DNA from: Cyanophora paradoxa CCMP329
Lineage: Eukaryota > Plantae > Glaucophyta
DNA length: 64,000 nt
Direction of reading: 5' to 3'
NCBI GenBank assembly: GCA_004431415.1
Contig: QPMI01000126.1
Location: forward strand, 5,442-69,441
Numbering within the stretch: position 1 is the first letter of the stretch; each line of letters begins with the position of its first letter. The notes below the pieces were generated by a model. The model did no database searches, was not told the origin of the DNA, and saw nothing but the letters and a program-made list of their open reading frames with translations. A program made the position numbers and the translations under genes. Positions 1-12,000 of this stretch are shown piece by piece.

Positions 1-67
1 TGCGGCCGTACTAGTGCGTGCTAAAGTTTCGCGAGCTATCTGTATTAGCAAGCCATCATAATAACGT

Positions 68-3000
68 TGATTAAGCTGAGTGTGCAAGACCATGGTCACG
101 CTCCCAGACTAATTTGCCAAGTAGATGCGAATTAGAAGCCTACAACTGCAAGCGGTCTGCGGCTGCCCCACTGGGCGGCGGTTGCGAGGAATGGGCTCGA
201 CAGCGCCTCGGGCCCGGGGCCCGGGGCCCCGCAGAAGATGAGGAGGGACGGGCCCGAGGCGCGGGGCTGGGCGGCCCAGAGCATAGGCCCGCCGGGGCAC
301 CAGCGCCGGGGCCCGCACGCCTAGGCCTGCCGCCAGCAGGCGCGCCCGGCCTGGCCTCCGCTGCTGCGCCTGGATCGGCCCGGGGGACGGCCTGGCCATG
401 GGGCGGAGAAGAGGGAGGCAGGCCGCGGGCACACCGGCGCCACCGCGAGAGCCCGCCCGCCGCCGCCTGGCTCCCCTTCGCCGACCCCGACCGCACCTCC
501 CGCAGGACGACCCGGCAACCTCGAGCAATGGCGGACGCTGCTGCGCTCGTACGACGTCGACTCGGGCCGGGGCGGGCGCACGCACGGAGCGCGCAAGCGG
601 GGCACCTCGCTTCGGGCTTCCAAAAGTGCGGCGTTCTTTCCGCGCGCCGAAGCCTGCGTCCGGGAAGACGTCAGCTGCGAGCGCAAACGCGCTGCACCAG
701 CGTGGCGCAGCCACTGCCGTCAGTGCATACCGGCCGCAAGGGGTAGCGCCGGGACGCCAGCTCGCAGCTGCAGGGAGCCTCGCATGCGCAGCTGGACTCG
801 GGCAGCCCGCAAACGCATCCGCTTCTATGATCATGAAGCCTTGAAGGAGAGAAGACGAAGGGCGAGCTGCAGATTCTGCCATCGTCGATCCGCGCTGATT
901 TGTCCGCTAGCCTCGACGGCAGCTACTGCTAGCTGACCATGCCAAGCTCTTCAGTTCTAGACAGAGAATTTGAAGCGCTGCGACCTGTGCGCGTTAGAAG
1001 CTTCAGCCCGAGAAAGGAGCGCTCACAGGCTGAATTGAAGCATGCACTTCGCACCGTCACGGGACTCTCTCGCCTGTCTCCCTCCGCGGCCGACATCAGC
1101 AGGCGCGGCAGGCCTAGGTTCGCTGCTGCTGAAAGCCGCTGCTAAATTTCAAAGCCCCCGGCCGCTCTGTACGTACGTGCTGTCGCCGCGCTTTTGAATT
1201 CGATGCCTAGACGTTCTCCGCGCCATATGCATCGCTCGTGGAGCAGGTGGTGTGAACGTGGGCGGCGGTGGGCCTCGCCGAGTCGGCTCTCGATCGGTGG
1301 CTCGTGCACGAGCCACCCCTTTGACCCCCCCTCCTCCTTCCCCCCCGAGCGGCCTGTGCACAGGCCGCTCGGATTAGACTGTACCCCCCACTGGCTCGTG
1401 CACGAGCCAGCTCTTTGCCCCCCCCCATCCCGCCCCCCCCCCGCCCCCCTAGTGGCCTGTGCACAGGCCACTCGGATGGCACTGTACCCCCTTACAAAAA
1501 AACAGATTGGCCGGTGCAGCGGCCAATCCGTCTAAAAAAAGGCTGGTGGGCTCATGCTCGACTCCACAGAGGGCTATATATATTAGGGACGCCGCCGCGA
1601 CCTTGTTTACAGCATGCACACGAGCGACGGGTGCGTCTGGCTTCTCTCCCCTTCCCCGGCAGGAGTTTCGCGGGCCCGCTGCTGCCGGGCGGGTGAGCTT
1701 TCGTAACAGATCGTGCATTGCGACGGGCATCATCACTGATGCGACACTGGCGGCATGCATATGCCATGATGATCAGGCCCTCGGCCCTGGGACGAGTGTC
1801 AGCACCGCGGCCGCGCGCGGCAAGCGCGGCTCTATATCTGCGTCCCCCGCGCCGCGAGCTCCTCGATCGGCAGCGCGCCACTCGAGGTCGTCAGTAGCTT
1901 GGAAGCCGCTGCGGCAGCTTCAGCGTCGACAGGTCCATGACCAGGCCGCCGTGATCGTTCTGGTCCACTTCGACGTGCGCGCGCGCGCCGCGCGCGGCGC
2001 TTGCCCGGGCGCACACTCGGCAAGAAGCGGGTGCGTTCCAGATCTAGAGGAGCATGTGTACAAGCACCCGCTGAAGAGAAGTTGACGCCGCTCGCAGCGG
2101 CTCGGCCCCGGAGCCTTCATGTGTTGTCCGCCCCGGCCCGCCCTCGCGCGATCGGCGCTTCTCAGCCGCCGGTGGTTCCCGGGCCCCGAGGCCCGCTGCT
2201 GGTTGAGCGGGCCCCGAGGGACAGGGATGTCTTCGTCGAGGTCGTCGGCGGCGGAGGCGACGGAAGCGGCAGCTGCTCGGGAGGCGGCGGCCGCGGAGGC
2301 CTAGCTATAGGCGGCTCTGGGAGGCGGCGGCGTCGACGGCCGCAGAGGGCGCCAGCCGGGGCGGGGCGTGCCGGCGCGGACGGCGGCCGCCGCCGCGGCG
2401 CCACCCGACGACCACCTGCCCCGGCGCGGACCGCCGCCTCCTCCGTCCCGCCAGTGCCGTCTTCTCGTCTGCAAACGCTAGCGGACTCGGGCCGGCGCCT
2501 CCCGTCGGCCCGCGGCCGGGCCCCACCCGTTCGGCGATCGGCGGCTGAGGCGACGCGGAGAGCGACCCCACAGCATATATGCATCCTGCTTGCCAAGTTG
2601 GCCGGCGCCCGCCCTCGAGCTCGCCCAGCGGAGCAGGCGCCCTTGGCGCCGGCCCTAGGCCTAGACTTTTTCTCGAATTCCCAAGCCTTGAAGTTCGCAA
2701 TTTAAAGCTAGCCATATCTATCGTGTTAACCTTGACTGAGCTGAGTGTGCAAGACCATGGCCACGCTCCCAGACTGCAGACGTACGCGTGCGGGGACAGG
2801 GGCCTCGACCAGCTGCAGCTGCAGATCACGATCGCGAGGCCGCGGAAGTACTAGTGTTGATTGCTCATCGCTAAGTAAATGCGAATTAGAAGCCGACAAC
2901 TGCAAGCGGTCTGCGGCTGCCCCACTGGGCGGCGGTTGCGAGGAATGGCTCGACAGCGCCTCGGGCCCGGGGCCCGGGGCCCCGCAGGAGATGAGGAGGG

Positions 3001-6000
3001 ACGGGCCCGAGGCGCCGGCGCGGGGCTGGGCGGCCCAGAGCATAGGCCCGCCGGGGCAGCAGCGCCGGGGCCCGCACGCCTAGGCCTGCCGCCAGCAGGC
3101 GCGCCCGGCCTGGCCTCCGCCGCTGCGCCTGGATCGGCCTGGGGGACGGCCTGGCCATGGGCCGGAGAAGAGGGAGGCAGGTCGCGGGCACACCGGCGCC
3201 ACCGCGAGAGCCCGCCCGCCGCCGCCTTGCTCCCCTTCGCCGACCCCGACCGCACCTCCCGCAGGACGACCCGGCAACCTCGAGCAATGGCGGACGCTGC
3301 TGCGCTCGCACGACGTCGACACGGGCCGGGGCGGGCGCACGCACGGAGCGCGCAAGCGGGGCACCTCGCTTCGGGCTTCCAAAAGTGCGGCGTTCTTTCC
3401 GCGCGCCGAAGCCTGCGTCCGGGCGGACGTCAGCTGCGAGCGCAAACGCGCTGCACCAGCGTGGCGCACGCAGCCACTGCCGTCAGTGCATACCGGCCGC
3501 AAGGGGTAGCGCCGGGACGCCAGCTCGCAGCTGCAGGGAGCCTCGCATGCGCAGCTGGACTCGGGCAGCCCGCAAACGCATCCGCGTCTATGATCATGAA
3601 GCCTTGAAGGAGAGAAGACGAAGGGCGAGCTGCAGATTCTGCCATCGTCGATCCACGCTGATTTGTCCGCTAGCCTCGATAGCAGCTACTGCTAGGCTGA
3701 CCATGCCAAGCTCTTCAGTTCTAGACAGAGAATTTGAAGCGCTGCGACCTGTGCGCGTTAGAAGCTTCAGCCCGAGAAAGGAGCGCTCACAGGCTGAAGC
3801 ATGCACTTCGCACCGTCACGGGACTCTCTCGCCTGTCTCCCTCCGCGGCCGACATCAGCAGGCGCGGCAGGCCTAGGTTCGCTGCTGCTGAAAGCCGCTG
3901 CTAAATTTCAAAGCCCCCGGCCGCTCTGTACGTACGTGCTGTCGCCGCGCTTTTGAATTCGATGCCTAGACGTTCTCCGCGCCATATGCATCGCTCGTGG
4001 AGCAGGTGGTGTGAACGTGGGCGGCGGTGGGCCTCGCCGAGTCGGCTCTCGATCGGTGGCTCGTGCACGAGCCACCCCTTTGACCCCCCCTCCTCCTTCC
4101 CCCCCGAGCGGCCTGTGCACAGGCCGCTCGGATTAGACTGTACCCCCCACTGGCTCGTGCACGAGCCAGCTCTTTGCCCCCCCCCATCCCGCCCCCCCCC
4201 CCGCCCCCCTAGTGGCCTGTGCACAGGCCACTCGGATGGCACTGTACCCCCTTGCAAAAAAACAGATTGGCCGGTGCAACGGCCAATCCGTCTAAAAAAA
4301 GGCTGGTGGGCTCATGCTCGACTCCACAGAGGGCTATATATATTAGGGACGCCGCCGCGACCTTGTTTACAGCATGCACACGAGCGACGGGTGCGTCTGG
4401 CTTCTCTCCCCTTCCCCGGCAGGAGTTTCGCGGGCCCGCTGCTGCCGGGCGGGTGAGCTTTCGTAACAGATCGTGCATTGCGACGGGCATCATCACTGAT
4501 GCGACACTGGCGGCATGCATATGCCATGATGATCAGGCCCTCGGCCCTGGGACGAGTGTCAGCACCGCGGCCGCGCGCGGCAAGCGCGGCTCTATATCTG
4601 CGTCCCCCGCGCCGCGAGCTCCTCGATCGGCAGCGCGCCACTCGAGGTCGTCAGTAGCTTGGAAGCCGCTGCGGCAGCTTCAGCGTCGACAGGTCCATGA
4701 CCAGGCCGCCGTGATCGTTCTGGTCCACTTCGACGTGCGCGCGCGCGCCGCGCGCGGCGCTTGCCCGGGCGCACACTCGGCAAGAAGCGGGTGCGTTCCA
4801 GATCTAGAGGAGCATGTGTACAAGCACCCGCTGAAGAGAAGTTGACGCCGCTCGCAGCGGCTCGGCCCCGGAGCCTTCATGTGTTGTCCGCCCCGGCCCG
4901 CCCTCGCGCGATCGGCGCTTCTCAGCCGCCGGTGGTTCCCGGGCCCGAGGCCCGCTGCTGGTTGAGCGGGGCCCCGAGGGACAGGGATGTCTTCGTCGAG
5001 GTCGTCGGCGGCGGAGGCGACGGAAGCGGCAGCTGCTCGGGAGGCGGCGGCCGCGGAGGCCTAGCTATAGGCGGCTCTGGGAGGCGGCGGCGTCGACGGC
5101 CGCAGAGGGCGCCAGCCGGGGCGGGGCGTGCCGGCGCGGACGGCGGCCGCCGCCGCGGCGCCACCCGACGACCACCTGCCCCGGCGCGGACCGCCGCCTC
5201 CTCCGTCCCGCCAGTGCCGTCTTCTCGTCTGCAAACGCTAGCGGACTCGGGCCGGCGCCTCCCGTCGGCCCCGCGGCCGGGCCCCACCCGTTCGGCGATC
5301 GGCGGCTGAGGCGACGCGGAGAGCGACCCCACAGCATATATGCATCCTGCTTGCCAAGTTGGCCGGCGCCCGCCCTCGAGCTCGCCCAGCGGAGCAGGCG
5401 CCCTTGGCGCCGGCCCTAGGCCTAGACTTTTTCTCGAATTCCCAAGCCTTGAAGTTCGCAATTTAAAGCTAGCCATATCTATCGTGTTAACCTTGACTGA
5501 GCTGAGTGTGCAAGACCATGGCCACGCTCCCAGACTGCAGACGTACGCGTGCGGGGACAGGGGCCTCGACCAGCTGCAGCTGCAGATCACGATCGCGAGG
5601 CCGCGGAAGTACTAGTGTTGATTGCTCATCGCTAAGTAAATGCGAATTAGAAGCCGACAACTGCAAGCGGTCTGCGGCTGCCCCACTGGGCGGCGGTTGC
5701 GAGGAATGGGCTCGACAGCGCCTCGGGCCCGGGGCCCGGGGCCCCGCAGGAGATGAGGAGGGACGGGCCCGAGGCGCCGGCGCGGGGCTGGGCGGCCCAG
5801 AGCATAGGCCCGCCGGGGCAGCAGCGCCGGGGCCCGCACGCCTAGGCCTGCCGCCAGCAGGCGCGCCCGGCCTGGCCTCCGCCGCTGCGCCTGGATCGGC
5901 CTGGGGGACGGCCTGGCCATGGGCCGGAGAAGAGGGAGGCAGGTCGCGGGCACACCGGCGCCACCGCGAGAGCCCGCCCGCCGCCGCCTTGCTCCCCTTC

Positions 6001-9000
6001 GCCGACCCCGACCGCACCTCCCGCAGGACGACCCGGCAACCTCGAGCAATGGCGGACGCTGCTGCGCTCGCACGACGTCGACACGGGCCGGGGCGGGCGC
6101 ACGCACGGAGCGCGCAAGCGGGGCACCTCGCTTCGGGCTTCCAAAAGTGCGGCGTTCTTTCCGCGCGCCGAAGCCTGCGTCCGGGCGGACGTCAGCTGCG
6201 AGCGCAAACGCGCTGCACCAGCGTGGCGCACGCAGCCACTGCCGTCAGTGCATACCGGCCGCAAGGGGTAGCGCCGGGACGCCAGCTCGCAGCTGCAGGG
6301 AGCCTCGCATGCGCAGCTGGACTCGGGCAGCCCGCAAACGCATCCGCGTCTATGATCATGAAGCCTTGAAGGAGAGAAGACGAAGGGCGAGCTGCAGATT
6401 CTGCCATCGTCGATCCACGCTGATTTGTCCGCTAGCCTCGATAGCAGCTACTGCTAGGCTGACCATGCCAAGCTCTTCAGTTCTAGACAGAGAATTTGAA
6501 GCGCTGCGACCTGTGCGCGTTAGAAGCTTCAGCCCGAGAAAGGAGCGCTCACAGGCTGAAGCATGCACTTCGCACCGTCACGGGACTCTCTCGCCTGTCT
6601 CCCTCCGCGGCCGACATCAGCAGGCGCGGCAGGCCTAGGTTCGCTGCTGCTGAAAGCCGCTGCTAAATTTCAAAGCCCCCGGCCGCTCTGTACGTACGTG
6701 CTGTCGCCGCGCTTTTGAATTCGATGCCTAGACGTTCTCCGCGCCATATGCATCGCTCGTGGAGCAGGTGGTGTGAACGTGGGCGGCGGTGGGCCTCGCC
6801 GAGTCGGCTCTCGATCGGTGGCTCGTGCACGAGCCACCCCTTTGACCCCCCCTCCTCCTTCCCCCCCGAGCGGCCTGTGCACAGGCCGCTCGGATTAGAC
6901 TGTACCCCCACTGGCTCGTGCACGAGCCAGCTCTTTGCCCCCCCCATCCCGCCCCCCCCCGCCCCCCTAGTGGCCTGTGCACAGGCCACTCGGATGGCAC
7001 TGTACCCCCTTGCAAAAAAACAGATTGGCCGGTGCAACGGCCAATCCGTCTAAAAAAGGCTGGTGGGCTCATGCTCGACTCCACAGAGGGCTATATATAT
7101 TAGGGACGCCGCCGCGACCTTGTTTACAGCATGCACACGAGCGACGGGTGCGTCTGGCTTCTCTCCCCTTCCCGGCAGGAGTTTCGCGGGCCCGCTGCTG
7201 CCGGGCGGGTGAGCTTTCGTAACAGATCGTGCATTGCGACGGGCATCATCACTGATGCGACACTGGCGGCATGCATATGCCATGATGATCAGGCCCTCGG
7301 CCCTGGGACGAGTGTCAGCACCGCGGCCGCGCGCGGCAAGCGCGGCTCTATATCTGCGTCCCCCGCGCCGCGAGCTCCTCGATCGGCAGCGCGCCACTCG
7401 AGGTCGTCAGTAGCTTGGAAGCCGCTGCGGCAGCTTCAGCGTCGACAGGTCCATGACCAGGCCGCCGTGATCGTTCTGGTCCACTTCGACGTGCGCGCGC
7501 GCGCCGCGCGCGGCGCTTGCCCGGGCGCACACTCGGCAAGAAGCGGGTGCGTTCCAGATCTAGAGGAGCATGTGTACAAGCACCCGCTGAAGAGAAGTTG
7601 ACGCCGCTCGCAGCGGCTCGGCCCCGGAGCCTTCATGTGTTGTCCGCCCCGGCCCGCCCTCGCGCGATCGGCGCTTCTCAGCCGCCGGTGGTTCCCGGGC
7701 CCCGAGGCCCGCTGCTGGTTGAGCGGGGCCCGAGGGACAGGGATGTCTTCGTCGAGGTCGTCGGCGGCGGAGGCGACGGAAGCGGCAGCTGCTCGGGAGG
7801 CGGCGGCCGCGGAGGCCTAGCTATAGGCGGCTCTGGGAGGCGGCGGCGTCGACGGCCGCAGAGGGCGCCAGCCGGGGCGGGGCGTGCCGGCGCGGACGGC
7901 GGCCGCCGCCGCGGCGCCACCCGACGACCACCTGCCCCGGCGCGGACCGCCGCCTCCTCCGTCCCGCCAGTGCCGTCTTCTCGTCTGCAAACGCTAGCGG
8001 ACTCGGGCCGGCGCCTCCCGTCGGCCCCGCGGCCGGGCCCCACCCGTTCGGCGATCGGCGGCTGAGGCGACGCGGAGAGCGACCCCACAGCATATATGCA
8101 TCCTGCTTGCCAAGTTGGCCGGCGCCCGCCCTCGAGCTCGCCCAGCGGAGCAGGCGCCCTTGGCGCCGGCCCTAGGCCTAGACTTTTTCTCGAATTCCCA
8201 AGCCTTGAAGTTCGCAATTTAAAGCTAGCCATATCTATCGTGTTAACCTTGACTGAGCTGAGTGTGCAAGACCATGGCCACGCTCCCAGACTGCAGACGT
8301 ACGCGTGCGGGGACAGGGGCCTCGACCAGCTGCAGCTGCAGATCACGATCGCGAGGCCGCGGAAGTACTAGTGTTGATTGCTCATCGCTAAGTAAATGCG
8401 AATTAGAAGCCGACAACTGCAAGCGGTCTGCGGCTGCCCCACTGGGCGGCGGTTGCGAGGAATGGGCTCGACAGCGCCTCGGGCCCGGGGCCCGGGGCCC
8501 CGCAGGAGATGAGGAGGGACGGGCCCGAGGCGCCGGCGCGGGGCTGGGCGGCCCAGAGCATAGGCCCGCCGGGGCAGCAGCGCCGGGGCCCGCACGCCTA
8601 GGCCTGCCGCCAGCAGGCGCGCCCGGCCTGGCCTCCGCCGCTGCGCCTGGATCGGCCTGGGGGACGGCCTGGCCATGGGCCGGAGAAGAGGGAGGCAGGT
8701 CGCGGGCACACCGGCGCCACCGCGAGAGCCCGCCCGCCGCCGCCTTGCTCCCCTTCGCCGACCCCGACCGCACCTCCCGCAGGACGACCCGGCAACCTCG
8801 AGCAATGGCGGACGCTGCTGCGCTCGCACGACGTCGACACGGGCCGGGGCGGGCGCACGCACGGAGCGCGCAAGCGGGGCACCTCGCTTCGGGCTTCCAA
8901 AAGTGCGGCGTTCTTTCCGCGCGCCGAAGCCTGCGTCCGGGCGGACGTCAGCTGCGAGCGCAAACGCGCTGCACCAGCGTGGCGCACGCAGCCACTGCCG

Positions 9001-12000
9001 TCAGTGCATACCGGCCGCAAGGGTAGCGCCGGGACGCCAGCTCGCAGCTGCAGGGAGCCTCGCATGCGCAGCTGGACTCGGGCAGCCCGCAAACGCATCC
9101 GCGTCTATGATCATGAAGCCTTGAAGGAGAGAAGACGAAGGGCGAGCTGCAGATTCTGCCATCGTCGATCCACGCTGATTTGTCCGCTAGCCTCGATAGC
9201 AGCTACTGCTAGGCTGACCATGCCAAGCTCTTCAGTTCTAGACAGAGAATTTGAAGCGCTGCGACCTGTGCGCGTTAGAAGCTTCAGCCCGAGAAAGGAG
9301 CGCTCACAGGCTGAAGCATGCACTTCGCACCGTCACGGGACTCTCTCGCCTGTCTCCCTCCGCGGCCGACATCAGCAGGCGCGGCAGGCCTAGGTTCGCT
9401 GCTGCTGAAAGCCGCTGCTAAATTTCAAAGCCCCCGGCCGCTCTGTACGTACGTGCTGTCGCCGCGCTTTTGAATTCGATGCCTAGACGTTCTCCGCGCC
9501 ATATGCATCGCTCGTGGAGCAGGTGGTGTGAACGTGGGCGGCGGTGGGCCTCGCCGAGTCGGCTCTCGATCGGTGGCTCGTGCACGAGCCACCCCTTTGA
9601 CCCCCCCTCCTCCTTCCCCCCCGAGCGGCCTGTGCACAGGCCGCTCGGATTAGACTGTACCCCCCACTGGCTCGTGCACGAGCCAGCTCTTTGCCCCCCC
9701 CCATCCCGCCCCCCCCCGCCCCCTAGTGGCCTGTGCACAGGCCACTCGGATGGCACTGTACCCCCTTGCAAAAAAACAGATTGGCCGGTGCAACGGCCAA
9801 TCCGTCTAAAAAAAGGCTGGTGGGCTCATGCTCGACTCCACAGAGGGCTATATATATTAGGGACGCCGCCGCGACCTTGTTTACAGCATGCACACGAGCG
9901 ACGGGTGCGTCTGGCTTCTCTCCCCTTCCCCGGCAGGAGTTTCGCGGGCCCGCTGCTGCCGGGCGGGTGAGCTTTCGTAACAGATCGTGCATTGCGACGG
10001 GCATCATCACTGATGCGACACTGGCGGCATGCATATGCCATGATGATCAGGCCCTCGGCCCTGGGACGAGTGTCAGCACCGCGGCCGCGCGCGGCAAGCG
10101 CGGCTCTATATCTGCGTCCCCCGCGCCGCGAGCTCCTCGATCGGCAGCGCGCCACTCGAGGTCGTCAGTAGCTTGGAAGCCGCTGCGGCAGCTTCAGCGT
10201 CGACAGGTCCATGACCAGGCCGCCGTGATCGTTCTGGTCCACTTCGACGTGCGCGCGCGCGCCGCGCGCGGCGCTTGCCCGGGCGCACACTCGGCAAGAA
10301 GCGGGTGCGTTCCAGATCTAGAGGAGCATGTGTACAAGCACCCGCTGAAGAGAAGTTGACGCCGCTCGCAGCGGCTCGGCCCCGGAGCCTTCATGTGTTG
10401 TCCGCCCCGGCCCGCCCTCGCGCGATCGGCGCTTCTCAGCCGCCGGTGGTTCCCGGGCCCCGAGGCCCGCTGCTGGTTGAGCGGGGCCCCGAGGGACAGG
10501 GATGTCTTCGTCGAGGTCGTCGGCGGCGGAGGCGACGGAAGCGGCAGCTGCTCGGGAGGCGGCGGCCGCGGAGGCCTAGCTATAGGCGGCTCTGGGAGGC
10601 GGCGGCGTCGACGGCCGCAGAGGGCGCCAGCCGGGGCGGGGCGTGCCGGCGCGGACGGCGGCCGCCGCCGCGGCGCCACCCGACGACCACCTGCCCCGGC
10701 GCGGACCGCCGCCTCCTCCGTCCCGCCAGTGCCGTCTTCTCGTCTGCAAACGCTAGCGGACTCGGGCCGGCGCCTCCCGTCGGCCCCGCGGCCGGGCCCC
10801 ACCCGTTCGGCGATCGGCGGCTGAGGCGACGCGGAGAGCGACCCCACAGCATATATGCATCCTGCTTGCCAAGTTGGCCGGCGCCCGCCCTCGAGCTCGC
10901 CCAGCGGAGCAGGCGCCCTTGGCGCCGGCCCTAGGCCTAGACTTTTTCTCGAATTCCCAAGCCTTGAAGTTCGCAATTTAAAGCTAGCCATATCTATCGT
11001 GTTAACCTTGACTGAGCTGAGTGTGCAAGACCATGGCCACGCTCCCAGACTGCAGACGTACGCGTGCGGGGACAGGGGCCTCGACCAGCTGCAGCTGCAG
11101 ATCACGATCGCGAGGCCGCGGAAGTACTAGTGTTGATTGCTCATCGCTAAGTAAATGCGAATTAGAAGCCGACAACTGCAAGCGGTCTGCGGCTGCCCCA
11201 CTGGGCGGCGGTTGCGAGGAATGGGCTCGACAGCGCCTCGGGCCCGGGCCCGGGGCCCCGCAGGAGATGAGGAGGGACGGGCCCGAGGCGCCGGCGCGGG
11301 CTGGGCGGCCCAGAGCATAGGCCCGCCGGGCAGCAGCGCCGGGCCCGCACGCCTAGGCCTGCCGCCAGCAGGCGCGCCCGGCCTGGCCTCCGCCGCTGCG
11401 CCTGGATCGGCCTGGGGACGGCCTGGCCATGGGCCGGAGAAGAGGGAGGCAGGTCGCGGGCACACCGGCGCCACCGCGAGAGCCCGCCCGCCGCCGCCTT
11501 GCTCCCCTTCGCCGACCCCGACCGCACCTCCCGCAGGACGACCCGGCAACCTCGAGCAATGGCGGACGCTGCTGCGCTCGCACGACGTCGACACGGGCCG
11601 GGGCGGGCGCACGCACGGAGCGCGCAAGCGGGCACCTCGCTTCGGGCTTCCAAAAGTGCGGCGTTCTTTCCGCGCGCCGAAGCCTGCGTCCGGAAGACGT
11701 CAGCTGCGAGCGCAAACGCGCTGCACCAGCGTGGCGCACGCAGCCACTGCCGTCAGTGCATACCGGCCGCAAGGGGTAGCGCCGGACGCCAGCTCGCAGC
11801 TGCAGGGAGCCTCGCATGCGCAGCTGGACTCGGGCAGCCCGCAAACGCATCCGCGTCTATGATCATGAAGCCTTGAAGGAGAGAAGACGAAGGGCGAGCT
11901 GCAGATTCTGCCATCGTCGATCCACGCTGATTTGTCCGCTAGCCTCGATAGCAGCTACTGCTAGGCTGACCATGCCAAGCTCTTCAGTTCTAGACAGAGA

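Noticed and set aside
1296-1528. CRISPR array
   Set aside because: The repeats alternate between two types, the spacers are low-complexity and partly repeated, no cas genes are present and the context is eukaryotic.
2830-2856. Helitron 3' end (hairpin + CTAG|T)
   Set aside because: The hairpin is only ~4 bp, and the CTAG lies in the palindrome block that copy 1 lacks. No matching 5' end could be defined.
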